Shown in pieces: positions 23,000 through 38,717 of a DNA stretch of 64,000 bases; within the stretch, counting starts at the first letter, position 1, and each line of letters starts with the position of its first letter. Location of the stretch: contig NW_021831850.1 in assembly GCF_006345805.1 (NCBI RefSeq), forward strand, positions 1 through 64,000, written 5' to 3'. Both the position numbers and the translations under genes were made by a program. The notes beneath the pieces are model-generated. The model saw only the letters and a program-made list of their open reading frames with translations. It was not told the origin of the DNA and did not search any database. This DNA comes from Octopus sinensis. Lineage: Eukaryota.

Positions 23000-25900
23000 A
23001 ACATAGCCAACATGAACACACAGAATCACACCGACAAATGGGGCTAACACCAACACATGGATATAACACCGAAACGGATTAACACCAACACATGGGGATA
23101 ACACAAAAACAGGGACTAACACCAACACATGGGGCTGACACCAACACATGGAGCCAACACCAAAAGAGGGACTAACACAAACACATCGGGCTAACACCAA
23201 CACATCGGGCTAACACTAAAACAGGGACTAACACAAACACATGGGGGCAAAACAAACACATGGGGCTACCACTAACACATGAAGCTAACATCAAAACGGA
23301 ATAACACCAAAAGATGGGGCTAACACCAACACATAGGGCGCACACCAACACATGGGGCTAACACCAAAACAGGGAATAAAACCAAGGCATGGGGCTAACA
23401 CCAACACATAGGGCTAACACCAAAACAGGGACTAACACAAACACATGGGGCTAACACCAAAACAGGGACTAACACAAACACATAGGGCTAACACCAAAAC
23501 AGGGACTAACACAAACACATAGGGCTAACACCAAAACAGAGACTAACACAAACACATGGGGCTAACACCAAAACAGGGACTACCAACAACACATGCAGCT
23601 AACAACAAAACAGGGAATTACACCAAAACAGGGACTAACACAAACACATGGGGCTACCATCAACACATAGGGCTAACATCAAAACGGACTAACACCAACA
23701 CATGGGGCTAACACTAAAACAGGGACTAAGCCCAACACATGGGTCTAACACCAACACATGGGGCTAACACCAAAACAGGGATTAATACCAACACATAGGT
23801 CAAACACCAAAACAGGGACTAACACCAACACATGAGGCTAACATCAAAACGGACTAACATCAAAACGGACTAACATCAAAACGGACTAACACCAACACAT
23901 GGGGCTAACACTAAAACAGGGACTAAGCCCAACACATGGGGCTAACACCAACAAATGGGGCTAACACCTCAACAGGGACTAATATCAAAACATGGGCTAA
24001 CACCAAAACAAGGACTAACACCAACACATGGGTCTAACACCAAAACAGGGACTAAAACCAAGGCATGGGGATAACACCGACACATGGGGCTAACATAAAT
24101 ACATGGAGATAACACCAAAACATGAGGCTAAAACCAATACATAAGGATAACACCAAAACGGACTAACAGCAAAACAGGGACTAACACCAACACATGGGGT
24201 TAACACCAAAAAAAGGGACTAACAACAACACAAGGGGATAACACCAAAATATGGACTACCACCAACACAGGGGGCTAAAACCAAAACAGGGACTACCACC
24301 AACACATGGGGCTAACACCAAAACAGGGACTAACACCAACACATGGGGATAACACCAACACATTGAGATACCACCAAAACAGGGACAAACACCAACACAG
24401 GGACAAACACCAACACATAGGGCTAACACCAACACATGGGCTAACACCAAAACAGGGACTAACACAAAATAAATGGGGATAACACGAAAACAGGGACTAA
24501 CACCAACACATGGGGCTAACACTAAAACAGGGACTAACACCAACACATAGGGCTAACACCAACACATGGGGCTAACACTAAAACAGAGACTAACACCAAC
24601 ACATAAGGCTAACACTAAAACAGGGGCTAACACCAACACATGGGGATAACACAAAAACAGGGATTAACACCAAAACATGGACGAACACCAACACATGGCA
24701 CTAACACCGAAACAGGGACTACCACCGACACATGGGCTAACACCAAAACAGGAACTAACACCAAGATATGGGGCTAACACCAACACATGGGGCAAACACC
24801 GAAACGGACTAACACCAACACATGGGGATAAAACCAACACATGGGGAAAACACCAAAACTGGGACTAACACAAACACATGGGGATACAACCAAGACAGGG
24901 ACAAACACCAACACATCGGGCTAACGCAAAAACAGGGACTAACACCAACAATGGGGCTGACACCAACACATGGGGCCAACACCAAAAGAGGGACTAACAC
25001 CAACATATCGGGCTAACACAAACACATGGGACTAACACCAACACATGGGGCCAACACCAACACATGGGGATAACACCAACACATGGGGCTAACATCCAAA
25101 CGGACTAACACCAACACATGGGGCTAACACGAAAACAGGGACTAAGCCCAACACATGGGACTAACACCAACACATGGGGCTAACACCAAAACAGGGACTA
25201 ACACCAAAACATGGGGCTAACACCAACACATGGGGCTAACATAAAAACAGGGACGAAAACCAACACATGGGCTAACACCAAAACAGGGACTAACACCAAA
25301 AGGGGGAATAACACCAAAAGAAGGACTAACACCAACACATGGGGCTAACAGCAAAACAGGGACTAACACCAACACATGGGGTTAACACCAACACATGGGG
25401 ATAACACCAACACATGAGGCTAACACCAACACATGGTGATAACACCAAAACAGGGACTAACACCAACACATGGGCTAACATCAACACATGGGGATAACAC
25501 CAAGACATGTGGCTAAAACAAATACATAAGGATAACACCGAAACAGGGAATAACACCAAAACAGGGATAACACCAACACATGGGTATAGCACTAAACAGG
25601 GACTAACACCAACATATGGGGCTAACACCAGAACAGGGCTAACACCAACACATGGGGATAACACCGACACATGGGGATAACACCAACACATGGGACTAAC
25701 AACCAACACATTGGACTAACACCAACACATGGGGCTAACACCAACACATGGGCATAACATCAACACATGGGGATAACACCAACACATGAGGCTAACACCA
25801 ACACATGGTGATAATACCAAAACAGGGACTAACACCAACACATGGGGCTAACACCAAAAAAGGGACTAACACCAACACGGGCCTAACACTAAAACAGGAA

Positions 25901-28020
25901 CTAACACTAAAACATGGACTAACACCAACACATGGGGCTAACACCTACACATTGGGATAACTCCATCACATGGGGCTAACACCAATACATGCGGCTAACA
26001 CCAACACATGGGGCTAACACAAAATCAGGGACTTACACCAAAACGGACTATCACCAACACATGGGACTAACACCAACACATCAACAGATGGGGATAACAC
26101 TAAAACGGTGACTAATACCAGAACATGGGGCTAACACCAAGACATGGGACTAACACAAAAACAGGGACTAACAGCAAAACAGGGAGTAACACCAATACAT
26201 GGGGCTAACACCAAAACAGGGAGTAACACCGATACATGGGGATAACACCAACACATGGGGCTAACACCAAAACGGTCGAACTCCATCACATGGGGCTAAC
26301 ACCAATATATGGGGCTAACACCAACATATGGGGAAAAAAAACAGCACAAGGGGCTAAGCCCAAATCAGGGACTAACACCAAAATTGGGACTAACACCAAC
26401 ACACGGGGCTAACACAAACACATGGGGATAACAGAGATGATAACACCAAAACAGGGACTAACGCTAACATATGGGGCCAACACCAACACATGGGGCTAAC
26501 ACCAAAACAGGGAATCACACAAACACATGGGGCTAACACCAACATATGTAGCTAACACCAAAACAGAGACTAACACCAACACATGGGGATAACACCAAAA
26601 CAATGACTAACGCCAACACATGGGGCTAACACCAAAACAGGGAATCACACAACACATGGGGCTAACACCAACATATGTAGCTAACACCAAAACAGAGACT
26701 AACACAACACATGGGGATAACACCAAAACAATGACTAACGCCAACACATGGGGCTAACACCAAAACAGGGAATCACACAAACACATGGGGCTAACACCAA
26801 CATATGTAGCTAACACCAAAACAGAGACTAACACCAACACATGGGGATAACACCAAAACAATGACTAACGCCAACACATGGGGCTAACACCAAAACAGGG
26901 AATCACACAAACACATGGGGCTAACACCAACATATGTAGCTAACACCAAAACAGAGACTAACACAACACATGGGGATAACACCAAAACAATGACTAACGC
27001 CAACACATGGGGCTAACACCAAAACAGGGAATCACACAAACACATGGGGCTAACACCAACATATGTAGCTAACACCAAAACAGGGACTAACACAAACACA
27101 TGGGGATAACACCAAAACAGGGACTAATACAAACACATCGGGATAACAGAAAAACAGGGACTAACACCAACACGTGGGGATAACACCAAAACAGGGACTA
27201 ACACCAACACATGGGGATAACACCAAAACAGGGGCTAATACAAACACATCGGAATAACAGAAAAACAGGGACTAACACCAACACGTGGGGATAACACCAA
27301 AACAGGGACTAACACCATCACAGGGGCTAACATCAACACAAGGGGTTAAGGCCAACACATGAGGCTAATACCAACACATGGGGATAACACCAAAACAGGT
27401 ACTAACACCAACACATGGGGATAACACCAACACATGGGGATAACACCAACACATGGGGCAAACACCAAAACAGAGAATAACACCCATACAGGGACTAACA
27501 CCAACACATGGGGCAAACACCAACACATGGGGATAACACCAAAACAGGGACTAACACAACACATGGGCATAACACCAAAACAGGGACTAACACCAACACG
27601 TGGGGATAACACCAAAACAGGGACTAACACCATCACAGGGGCTAACATCAGCACAAGGGGTTAAGGCCAACACATGAGGCAAACACCAAAACAGAGAATA
27701 ACACCCATACAGGGACTAATACCAACACATGGGGCAAACACCAACACATGGGGATAACACCAAAACAGGGACTAACACCAACACATGGGCATAACACCAA
27801 AACAGGGACTAACACCAACACATGGGGATAACACCAAAACAGGGACTAATACCAACACGTGATGATAACACCAACACATGGGGCTAAAACCAACACATGA
27901 AGCTAACAGCAAAACAGGGACTAACACAAAACATGGAGGTAACACCAAAACATGGACTAACACCAACACATGGGGATAACACCAAAACAGGGACTAACAC
28001 CAACAAATGATGATAACGCC
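23000..28020. repeat. ~5 kb minisatellite of 18-19 bp units (TAACACCAACACATGGGG[C/A] and TAACACCAAAACAGGGAC) with higher-order repeats
   Basis: Directly visible. The marker ggaatcacac recurs at 26511, 26641, 26769, 26899 and 27028 (period 128-130). Confidence 0.95.
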
Positions 28021-28026
28021 AAATCT

Positions 28027-31000
28027 TTGCGGTTCGGGTAAAGAAGACCAACACAATAAATAATAGACTCTCATAGAGTAAGTCCTGGTGTCGATTTGCT
28101 ATAGAAGAGCATGGCATAGTGTAATGACTAAAAAAGGAAAAGAGTAAAATGTTGTCGTGTCTGTATATATTCTAGAGTTACTTCCCTGCATATTATAAGT
28201 TATTAATAGTAATAAAATAATTATAAGTAAGGGAAGTAACTCTGAAGGATTGTTTGCAGTTATCTACCTTTCTAGAGTTACCTCCCTTGCGCATTATAAT
28301 TTAAGAAAAGTAATAGTATAATTATATGTAAGGGAAGTAACTCTGAAAGATAGTTTGCAGTTATCTACTTTTCTATAGTTACTTTTTAGTTATCTCCCTT
28401 AAATATGTTGTTATCGTAATATGCACTTTTCTCTGTTACACTCTTTCAGTTATTTCACTGTGGCCATGGTGGAGTACCGCCTTTAGTCAAGCAAATCAAC
28501 CCCAGAAATTATTCTTTGTATGCATATTACTTAATTTATAGGTCTCTTCTGCAGAACCGATAAGTTACTGGGACGTAATGTTCGATGTACTGATTTAGTA
28601 GGTATGTATTTATTATTAGAAGGTATGTATTTATTATAATGAATTATGGGCTAGGAAAGATACTAGAAACATTTTTGATATACCTATGGGGGCTCCTTGT
28701 ATGTGTGTGAGTGTTTTTATTTATGTGTGTGTGTGAATATGTGTGTGGGTATTTTCATTTCAGTGATTTTGTGTGTTTGAATGTTTTTCTTTCTGTGTGT
28801 GAGCGACTGAGTGTTTTTATTTTTTTGTGTGTGCGCATGTATGTATTCATGTATATATTTATGTATATATCTATGTATGCATATATATATATTTATATAT
28901 ATATGCATACATATGTGTGTGTGTGCGACAATTACAACTACAACAAATACTTTGACCATTTCTAAGATACCCACATTTGAGATCACTAACTACTAAATCA
29001 CATTTATTGCCCCTTTAGTGACTTGAGATATTGCTCATATTTTTCTCATATGTCGACAATGTATTAATTTCACAAGTGGATAAAAGAAATTCTTATACTG
29101 GCGTGGAGCGGGCTGATATTCTAGCTTCAAGTGCAAAGCACACAATACCATGTTACATTCTGAACAAAATGTATGTGTGGGATAATTAGGGTTAGGGTTT
29201 TATGTGTGAGTGTGTAATTGTGTTTTCATTTCTGTGTGTGGGTGCGTATGTTTGCGTGAGACTATTTTCATTTCTGCGTGTGTTTGTGAGTGTGTTTGTG
29301 TTCGGATGTGTAACTGTGTATTTTTCATTTCTATATGTGTGTGTCTGTGTGTTTGTGCATGTGTCTGTGTGAGTGTTTTCTTTTCTGTGTGTTCGAGTGT
29401 GTGCGTTTGTAGGTATGTAACTGTTTTTGATTCTGTGTTTGTCCGCGTGTTTTATTGTGTGAATATGTAGCTGTGTATTTTCATTTCTGTGTGAGTGTGT
29501 GTGTGTGAGTATTTTTTTCAGTGTTTGTGTGCGTGGGACTGTTTTTTATTTATGTGTGTGTGAACGTGTATGTTGGTATTTTCATTTCAGTGTTTGTGTT
29601 TGTGTGAATGTTTTTATTTGTGTGTGTGAGCGACTGTGTGTTTTTATTCATTTGTGTGTGTGCGACAATTACAGCTACAACACGAGTTACGTCCTTTTAT
29701 TGAAAATAATGCAATTTAACATTAGGAAACGTAATTAGTGTTTCAATAATAATAGGTTATAAAGGATTTATGGAGAGTTCGCTCCCTTACAAGTATATAA
29801 TACTAAAAGTAGTTAAAGGAAAGGATTTTACTCTCGGAAATTGTAAGGGGTGGAATGGGAGTTCTTTCCCTTGTAAGAGAACTTGCATTTGTATGTATGA
29901 TGGTTCGTGCGTGTATGCTCATGTGCCCTTCGAGTGCGAACACCCACACACGCGCGCGCACACACAGACATACACATACACATATATTTAAACATATATA
30001 CGACGGGATTCTTTTAGTTTCCTTCCACCAAATTCAATCACAAGGATTTTTTCGGCCCGGGGCTACAGTAGAAGACAGTTGGACAAGATGTGAGGCAGTG
30101 GGAATGAAACTGAAACCATGTGGTTCGTAAATAATCTACTTACCACATATCCATTCCTGCGCCGATATTCATATATACGACGGGCTTCTTTCAGTTTCCC
30201 TCTGCCAACTCCACTGAGAATACTTTGGTCGACCCGGGGGTATAGTTGAATACACTTGCCGAAGGTGCCACGCTGTTGGATTGAACCCAGTACATTGTTG
30301 TTGGTGAGCAAAAATCCACAGACATGCGCGCGCGCAAACAGACATAGAAGTGAAAGCACACACACACACACACACACGCATATTGGCTGACCCACAGACT
30401 CATATAATTTCTTCAGAATGTCACGGTTTTAAGGTGAATATATTTGAAACATAAATAGCTACGAGTTTGCGTCTTTGCATGTATCTATGTGCGGGAGTGT
30501 GGGCATTTGTGCGTGTGTGAGCACAGACCACACATACTCAAGGTGGTCTCATCGGCTAATGTGACTGACCGCGAAAGTCTGTTTCACCCATATATGGAAA
30601 CAGAAAGAAGCTTGTCGTATATATGAAAATATATATATATACACACACACATACATATATATGTGTGTGTGTATTAATCTGTCTGCTTTTGTGTCCCCAA
30701 AATCGCTTGACAACCGATTCTGGTGTGTTTACGTCACCGTAAGTTTGCGGTTTGGCAAAAGGAGACCGATAAAATAAATAGTGGGCTTACGAAGAATAAG
30801 CCCTGGTGTCGATATGCTCTAGAAAAAGCTATGCTTCAGCAAAGGCACAGTCAAACGAGTAAAAAAGTGCGTCACGTCTGTATTTAATAATAGTATTAAT
30901 ATACTTTCAATGTAAGGAAAGTAACTGTAGAAGATATGTTGTAGTTATGTCCCGCTAACTACATATTTAAGGGATATAATTTCAAAATATCTTCTAGAGT

Positions 31001-32250
31001 TACTTTCCTTGCATATTAGTTTGTTATTGTTAAATTGTAATATGCAAGGGAAGTAACTATAGAGATATTTTGTAGTTATCTCCTTTGAAAATGTAGTTCT
31101 ACTATACACTTTGTCGCTCTGTTACATGCAAAGATGAACATTTGTAGCTATTTATGCTTTATGTATGTTGACCCTAAAACCGTTACATTCTGAAGAAATT
31201 ATATGTGTGTGCGAGTTAGGGTTAGGGTTTTATGTGTGAGTGTGTAACTGTTTTCATTTCTGCGTGTGGGCGTGTACGTTTGTGTGTGACTATTTTCATT
31301 TCTGTGTGTTCGAGTGTGTGCGTGTGTAGGTGTGTAACTGTTTTCATTTCTGTGTTTGTCCGCATGTGTGTGTGTGAATGTGTAGCTGTGTATTTTCATT
31401 TCTATGTGAGTGTGTGCGTGTGTGTATTTTTTTTCAGTGTTTGTGTGTCGAACTGTTTTTATTTATGTGTGTGTGAGTGTGTGTGAAAGTGTGTGTGGGT
31501 ATTTACATTTCAGTGTTTGTGTGTGTGAGTTTTTTATTTCTGTTTGTCGTGTGTTTGAGCGAGTGCGTGTTTTTTTTCCGTTTGTGTGTGTGCGACATTT
31601 ACAGCTACAGCAAACACTTTAAGCATCTCTAAGATACCAACATTTGCAGATCACTAACTACTAAATGAAAAGAAGTTCAATTTATTGCACCTTTAGCGAT
31701 GTCAGATATTGCTAATATTTTTATCATATGGCGACAATGTATTAATTTCAGAAGTGGATAAAAGAAATTCTCATACTGGCGTGGAGAGGGCTGATATTCT
31801 ATTTTTGAGTGTTAAGCACCCAATGCCCCACGTATCTACATTCCTGGATCGGCCATGATTGGTCTCATTCGTAGATCTCTCGGGTGTGGAATATTTATGA
31901 CTATAGAAGTTAACTTGATTATAAGGCTACGTTTCTGGCCTCACTTTTGTGGATTTTGGGAAGTCCACAGACGTTATTGGCTTTGCAGTCAAATCTAGTC
32001 AAGTAATTTGTCTCCTTTTTTTGTCAAATCTTGTTGCAAGTGGTGGATAAGAGTAGACAGTTTGGTCATTATCTTCGATTGACTGTAGTTGTTAGGGTTA
32101 GATTTTTCCACCGATGCTGGTGTGTTTTCCTCCCTGTATTTTAGCGGCTCGGCAAAAGAGAATAAATTAGAATAAATACTAGGCTTACAAAGAATAAATG
32201 CTGCGGACGATGTGCTCGAATAATGGTGGTGCTCCAGCATTTATGTATAC

Positions 32251-32298
<48 letters not shown>

Positions 32299-32908
32299 TT
32301 ACACATACAGATATACGTGTTTATACCCACACACATATATGTACTATCTAAAACAAAAAAGAAACTTAATTATGTCCGAATGGTAGGACTAGATAATATT
32401 ATTATTTTATATACTTGTGGGGTGTAAGGAAATGTAAATGATGAGGTAGTCAATGCTTATTCGTTAAAGGTTCCAGCAGATTACTTGCATGTATATGTAT
32501 GTCTGTTAGTGCGCGCATGCTCGTGTCCCCTTTCGCAAGCGAAAAACGAACGCACCTATTACAGAAATTGCATGAAACGTATTATATTATGTCAGGGAAG
32601 TAACTCTAGGAGATATTTTCAGCTATCTCCCTAGTGAACAGGTCATAGACTTTTGTCGCTATTTACTCTTTTACTGTCATTAACTTGTTTCAGTCATTTG
32701 ACTGTGGCCATGCTCAAGCACCACTTTCAGTCGAGCATATCGACCCCAAAACTTACTCTTTGTAGGCCTAATACTTATTCTATCAGTCTCTTTCGCTGAA
32801 CCTCTAAGTTACGGGGACGTAAACAGACTAGCATCAGTTGTGAAGCGATGTTTGGGGACAAACACAGACATACAAACACACACACATACATACACACACA
32901 CAATCACA

Positions 32909-32984
<76 letters not shown>

Positions 32985-34878
32985 TAAACATATGTACGAC
33001 TGGATTATTTTAGTTTCCTGCCACCAAATCCAATCACAAGGCTTTATTCGCCCCGGGTCTATAGTAGAAGACAATTGCACAAGATGTCAGGCAGTGAGGA
33101 AAAACTCGAAAATATGTATTTCGTAAGTAAACTACTTACCACACAGCCATTCCTACGCCTATATTCATATATGCGACGGAGTTCTTTCAGTTTGCGTCTA
33201 CGAATTCCACTTAGAAGTCTTTGGTCGGCTCGAGGCTATAGTTGAATACACTCGACGAAAGTGTCACGCAGTGGGAATTAACCTGGCACATTGCGGTTCC
33301 TAAGGAAAGTACTTATGACACGGCCACTCCTACGCCTATCAAAAAAAAAAAAATATATATATATATATACATGTACATAAAAGCACATAGTCGCACAAAC
33401 ACCCTCACATACAGAAATGGAAAGACACATAGAAATCAAAGCTCATATTTACATTTTCTTCTGGCAAAATTGTATTTAAATTTACAGAACTTAGATACAA
33501 AAATTAGCCTCTAATAAAGGAATGTAACTGCCGCTAAATCCTTACTGACAAGAGTTACGTCCCTGGATTGATACTTATACAATTTAATATTAGAAAATGG
33601 AAATAATGTGTGGAAAATATGTTCTAAGGATGTATGGAGAGATGCCTCGCTTACAAGTACATAAGCCCTTCGTATATGTATGTATATGCATATATGTATA
33701 TTTATATATATATACATACAGACACACACATGTATGTGTGTGTCTATGTTTCTGTCTGTGTTTGTGTCCTCAAAATCGCTTGACAACCGATTCTGGTGTG
33801 TTTATGTCACCGTAAGTTAGCGGTTTGGCAAAAGGAGACAGATAAAATAAATAGTGGGCTTACGAAGAATAAGTCCTGGTGTCGATATGCTCTAGAAAAG
33901 GCTGTGCTCCAGCATGGGCAAAGTCAAATGAATAAAACGAGTAAAAGTGTCACGTCTGAATTTAATAATAGTAATAATATAATTGTATGTAAGGAAAGTA
34001 ACTATAGAAGATATTTTGTAGTTATCTCCCTTAAAAATGTAGTTGTACTATACAGTTTGTCAATCTGTTACATGCAAAGATGCACACTTGTAGCTATTTA
34101 TGATTTAAATATGTTGACCATAAAACCGTTGTATTCTGAAGAAATTGTATGTCTGTCCTGGTTAGGGTTAGGGTTTTATGTGTGATTGTGTAACTGAGTT
34201 TTCATTTCTGTGTGTGAAAATTTTCATTTCTGTGTGTGTTTGTTTGTGCGTGTGTGAGTGTTAGGATGTGTAACTGTGTATTTTCATTTCTATATGTGTG
34301 TGTGTGAATGAGTGTTTTCATTTTTGTGTTTGTCCGCGCGTGTGAGGGTGTGAATATGTAGCTGTATATTTTCATTTCTCTGTGTGTGTGTGTGTGTAAG
34401 TATTTTTTTCAGTGTTTGTGTGCGTGGGACTGTTTTTATTTTTGTGAGTGAGTGTGTGTGTGGTTATTTACATTTCAGTGTTTGTGTCTTATTCGGAGAT
34501 CTCTCGGGTGTGGAATATTTATGACTATAGAAGTTAACTTGTTTATAAGGCTTCGTTTCTGGCCTCACTTTTGTAGATTTTGGGAAGTCCACAGACGTTA
34601 CTGGTTTTCAGTCAAATCTACTCAAGTAATTTGTCTCCTTTTTTGTTAAATCTTGTTGGAAGTGGTGGATAAGAGTGGGCTGTTTGGTCATTATCTTCGA
34701 TTGACTGTAGTTGTTAGCGTTAGGGTTAGATTTTTCAACCGATGCTGGTGTGTTTTCCTCCCAGTATTTTAGCGGTTCGGCAAAAGAGAATAAATTAGAA
34801 TAAATACTAGGCTTACAAAGAATAAATGTTGCGGATGATGTGCTCGAATAATGGTGGTGCTCCAGCATTTATGTATAC

Positions 34879-34909
<31 letters not shown>

Positions 34910-35487
34910 CACTTACACATACAGATATACGTGTTTATACCCACACATGTATATGTACTATCTAAAACAAAAAAGAAACTTGATTATGTCCGAAGGGTAG
35001 GACTAGATAATATTACTTTTTATATTTGTGGGGTGTAGTGAAATGTAAATGATGAGCTAATCAATGCTTATTTGTTAAAGGTACCAGCAAATTACTTGGA
35101 TGTGTATGTGTGTCTGTTAGTGCGCGCATGCTCGAGTCCCCTTTCGCAAGCGAAAAACGAACGCACCTAGTACAGAAATTACAACATGAAACGTATTATA
35201 TGATGTTAGGGAAGTAACTCTAGGAGATATTTTCAGCTATCTCCCTAGTGAACAGGTCATAGACTTTTGTCGCTATTTACTCTTTTACTGTCATTAACTT
35301 GTTTCAGTCATTTGACTGGCTATGCTCGAGCACCACTTTCAGTCGAGCATATCGACCCCAGGACTTACTCTTTGTAGGCCTAATACTTATTCTATCAGTC
35401 TCTTTCGCTGAACCTCTAAGTTACGGGGACGTAAACAGACTAGCATCAGTTGTGAAGCGATGTTTGGGGACAAACTCAGACATACAA

Positions 35488-35526
<39 letters not shown>

Positions 35527-37354
35527 CATAAGACTGGATTATTTTAGTTTACTTCCACGAAATCCAATCACAAGGCTTTATTCGGCCCGGGTCTATAGTA
35601 GAAGAGAATTACACAAGATGCCAGGCAGTGGGAAAAAACCAGAAAATATGTGTTTCGTAAGTAAACTACTTAGCACACAGTCATTCCTGCGCCTATTTTC
35701 ATATAAGCGACTGAGTTCTTTCAGTTTCCGTCTACGAACTCCACTTAGAAGTCTTTGGTCGGTTCGAATACACTCGACGAAGGTGTCACGCAGTGGGACT
35801 GAACCCAGCATATTGCGGTTTGTAAGGAAACTACTTATCACACGGCCACTCCTACGCCTATCAATATATATATATATATACACATGTATATAAAAGCACA
35901 TAGTAGCATACAGAACTGGAAACATACACATAGAAATCAAAACTCATACTTACATTTCCTTCTGGCAAAAATGTATTTAAATTTACAGAACTTAAATATA
36001 AAAATTAACCTCTAATCAAGGAATGTAACTCCCGCTACATCCCTTACTGACAAGAGTTACGTCCCTTGATTATTACTAATAGAATTTAATATTAGGAATT
36101 GTAAATAATGTGTGGAAAATAATATGCTCTAATGGATGTATGGAGAGTTTTTCTCCCTTACAAGTACGTAATATTAAAAGTGGTTAAAGGAAAGGATTTT
36201 CCTAATATCTCTCGGAAACTGTAAAGGATGGAACGGGAGTTCTTTCCGTTTTATTAAGAAAAATTGCATCTGTATGTGTGATAGTACGTGCTTCCATTCT
36301 CGTGTGCCCTTCGAGTGCGAACAAACTCACACACATACACATACACATATTTAAACATATATACGACGGGATTCTTTCAGTTTCCTTCCACCAAATTTAA
36401 TCACTAGAATTTGGTCGGTCCTTGGCTACAGTAGTGGACAATTGCAGAAGCTGACAGGCAGTGGGAATGAACCCGAAACCATGTGGTATGTAAGCAAACT
36501 ACTTACCACATAGCCATTCCTATGCCGATATTCATATATACGACGGGCTTCTTTCAGTTTCCGTTTACCAACTCCACTCAGAATACTTTGGTCGGCCCGA
36601 GGCTATAGTTGAATACACTTGCCGAAGGTGCCACGCTGTTGGATTGAACCCAGCACATTGTGGTTAGTGAGCAATCACTCTCACACACATGCACGCGCAA
36701 ACAGACATAGAAATGAAAGCACACACACATTAGCTGACCCAGTCACTCATACAATTTCTTCAGAATGTCACGGTTTTAAGGTCAACATATTTAAAACATA
36801 AATAGCTACATGTTTGCGTATATGCATGTATCTATGTGCATGAGTGCGGAAGTGTGGATGTTTGTGCGTGTGAGAACACAGTCCACCCATTCCCAAGGTG
36901 GTCGCATCGGCTAATGTGACCCATCCGCGAAAGTCTGTTTCGCCCACGAGATTTCAGGACCCCATTAATGAACATACAGCCAATCAGAGATAACCTTGAA
37001 TTTGTCAGATTAACAAAGATGAGTGTCTGTATGGGAAGTAGCTTGCTTACCAACCACATGGTTCCAGGTTCAGTCCCACTGCGTGGCACCTTGGGCATGT
37101 GTCTTCTACTATAGTATCGAGCCGACCAAAGCCTTGTGGGCTTGTAGAAGGAAACTGAAAGAAGACTGTATGCATATGTAAATACATAGTCGTAGGAGTG
37201 CTTTGCGGTAAGGATCTTGCTCACCAAAGATATGGTTTCTGGTTCAGTCCCACTACGTGGCACCAATGGCAAGTCTTCTGTTATAGCCTCGGACAGACCA
37301 AAGCTTTGTGAGTGGATTTGGTACACGGAAACAGAAAGAAGCCTTTCGTATGTA

Positions 37355-37408
<54 letters not shown>

Positions 37409-37996
37409 TATATGTGTGTGTGTCTATGTTTCTGTCTGCGTTGGTGTCCTCAAAATCGCTTGACAACCGACTCCGGTGTGTTTACGTCACCGTAAGTTAG
37501 CGCTTCGGCAAAAGAAGACCGATAGAATAAATAGTGGGCTTACAAAGAATAAGTCCTGGTGTAGATTTGCTCTAGAACAGGAGGTGCTCCAGCATAGTCA
37601 CAGTCAAATGAATAAAACAAGGAAAAGAGTAAAAGTCTATGTGTCACGTCTTTATTATAAATCCAAATATCTTCTAGAGCTAATTTCCATGCCTATTATA
37701 ATTTAATCATAATATTTATAATATGCAAGTAACCCTAACCCTATCTCTCGTTAACCACATATTTGTGTGAGATAACTACAAAATATCATATAGATATACT
37801 TACCTTGCATGTTATTATATTATTGTTATTAAATTGTGGTGTACCGCATTTAGTCGAGCAAATCGACCCCAGGACTTATTATTTGTATGCTTAGTACTTA
37901 ACGTATAGGTCTCTTGCAGAATCGCTATGTTACGGGGACGTAAACTCACAAACAACGAATTTCAAGTTATGTTCGGTGGATAAGAGACATATTAAC

Positions 37997-38061
<65 letters not shown>

Positions 38062-38118
38062 CTGTGTGTTTGCATGCGTGTGTGTGAGTGTGTTAAAATC
38101 TGAGTGCATGTTTGTACT

Positions 38119-38149
<31 letters not shown>

Positions 38150-38717
38150 ACAACTCAGAGAAAGGAACACACACACAGAAATTAAAACACAGTTACACAC
38201 TCACACACATGAGAACGCAGGTAAAGCAATGAATTGGAAACACTCTATTACACATGCGCACGCGCACACAGACAGAAATGAAAGCACAAACCCACACACA
38301 CATCGGCTGACCCACAAACTCATACAATGTTTTCAGAATGTCGCAGTTTTAAGGTCAACATATTTAAAACATAAATAGCTACGAGTTTGCGTTATTGCAT
38401 GTATCTATATGCCTGAGTGCGGACGTGTGGGGATTTATGCGTGTGTGAGCACAGTCGACTCATACCCAGCCGCAAAGATTCCGGACCCCATTTATGAACT
38501 CATTTGCTTACAAACAATTAGAGCTCACCTTAAACTTGTCCGGTTAACAAACAGGAGTGTCTGAATGGGAATTAGCTTGTTTACCAAACAAATGTTTCCG
38601 GGTTCAGTCCCACTGGGTGGCACGTTGGGCAAATGTCTTCTATAACCTCGGACAGATCAAAGTTTCTGAGTAGATTTGGTACACGGAAACAGAAAGTAGC
38701 CCGTTGTATATAGATTG

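Noticed and set aside
24256-27969. ORFs such as MGLTPKQGLTPTH in the 18/19-bp minisatellite
   Set aside because: Frames shift between monomers; there is no sustained ORF.
23000-28020. CRISPR-like appearance of regularly spaced short repeats
   Set aside because: There are no unique spacers, the units are contiguous, the context is eukaryotic and no cas genes are present.
29186-37745. TTAGGG doublets as interstitial telomeres
   Set aside because: Only 2-3 units each, at equivalent positions in duplicated blocks; they are part of a dispersed repeat.
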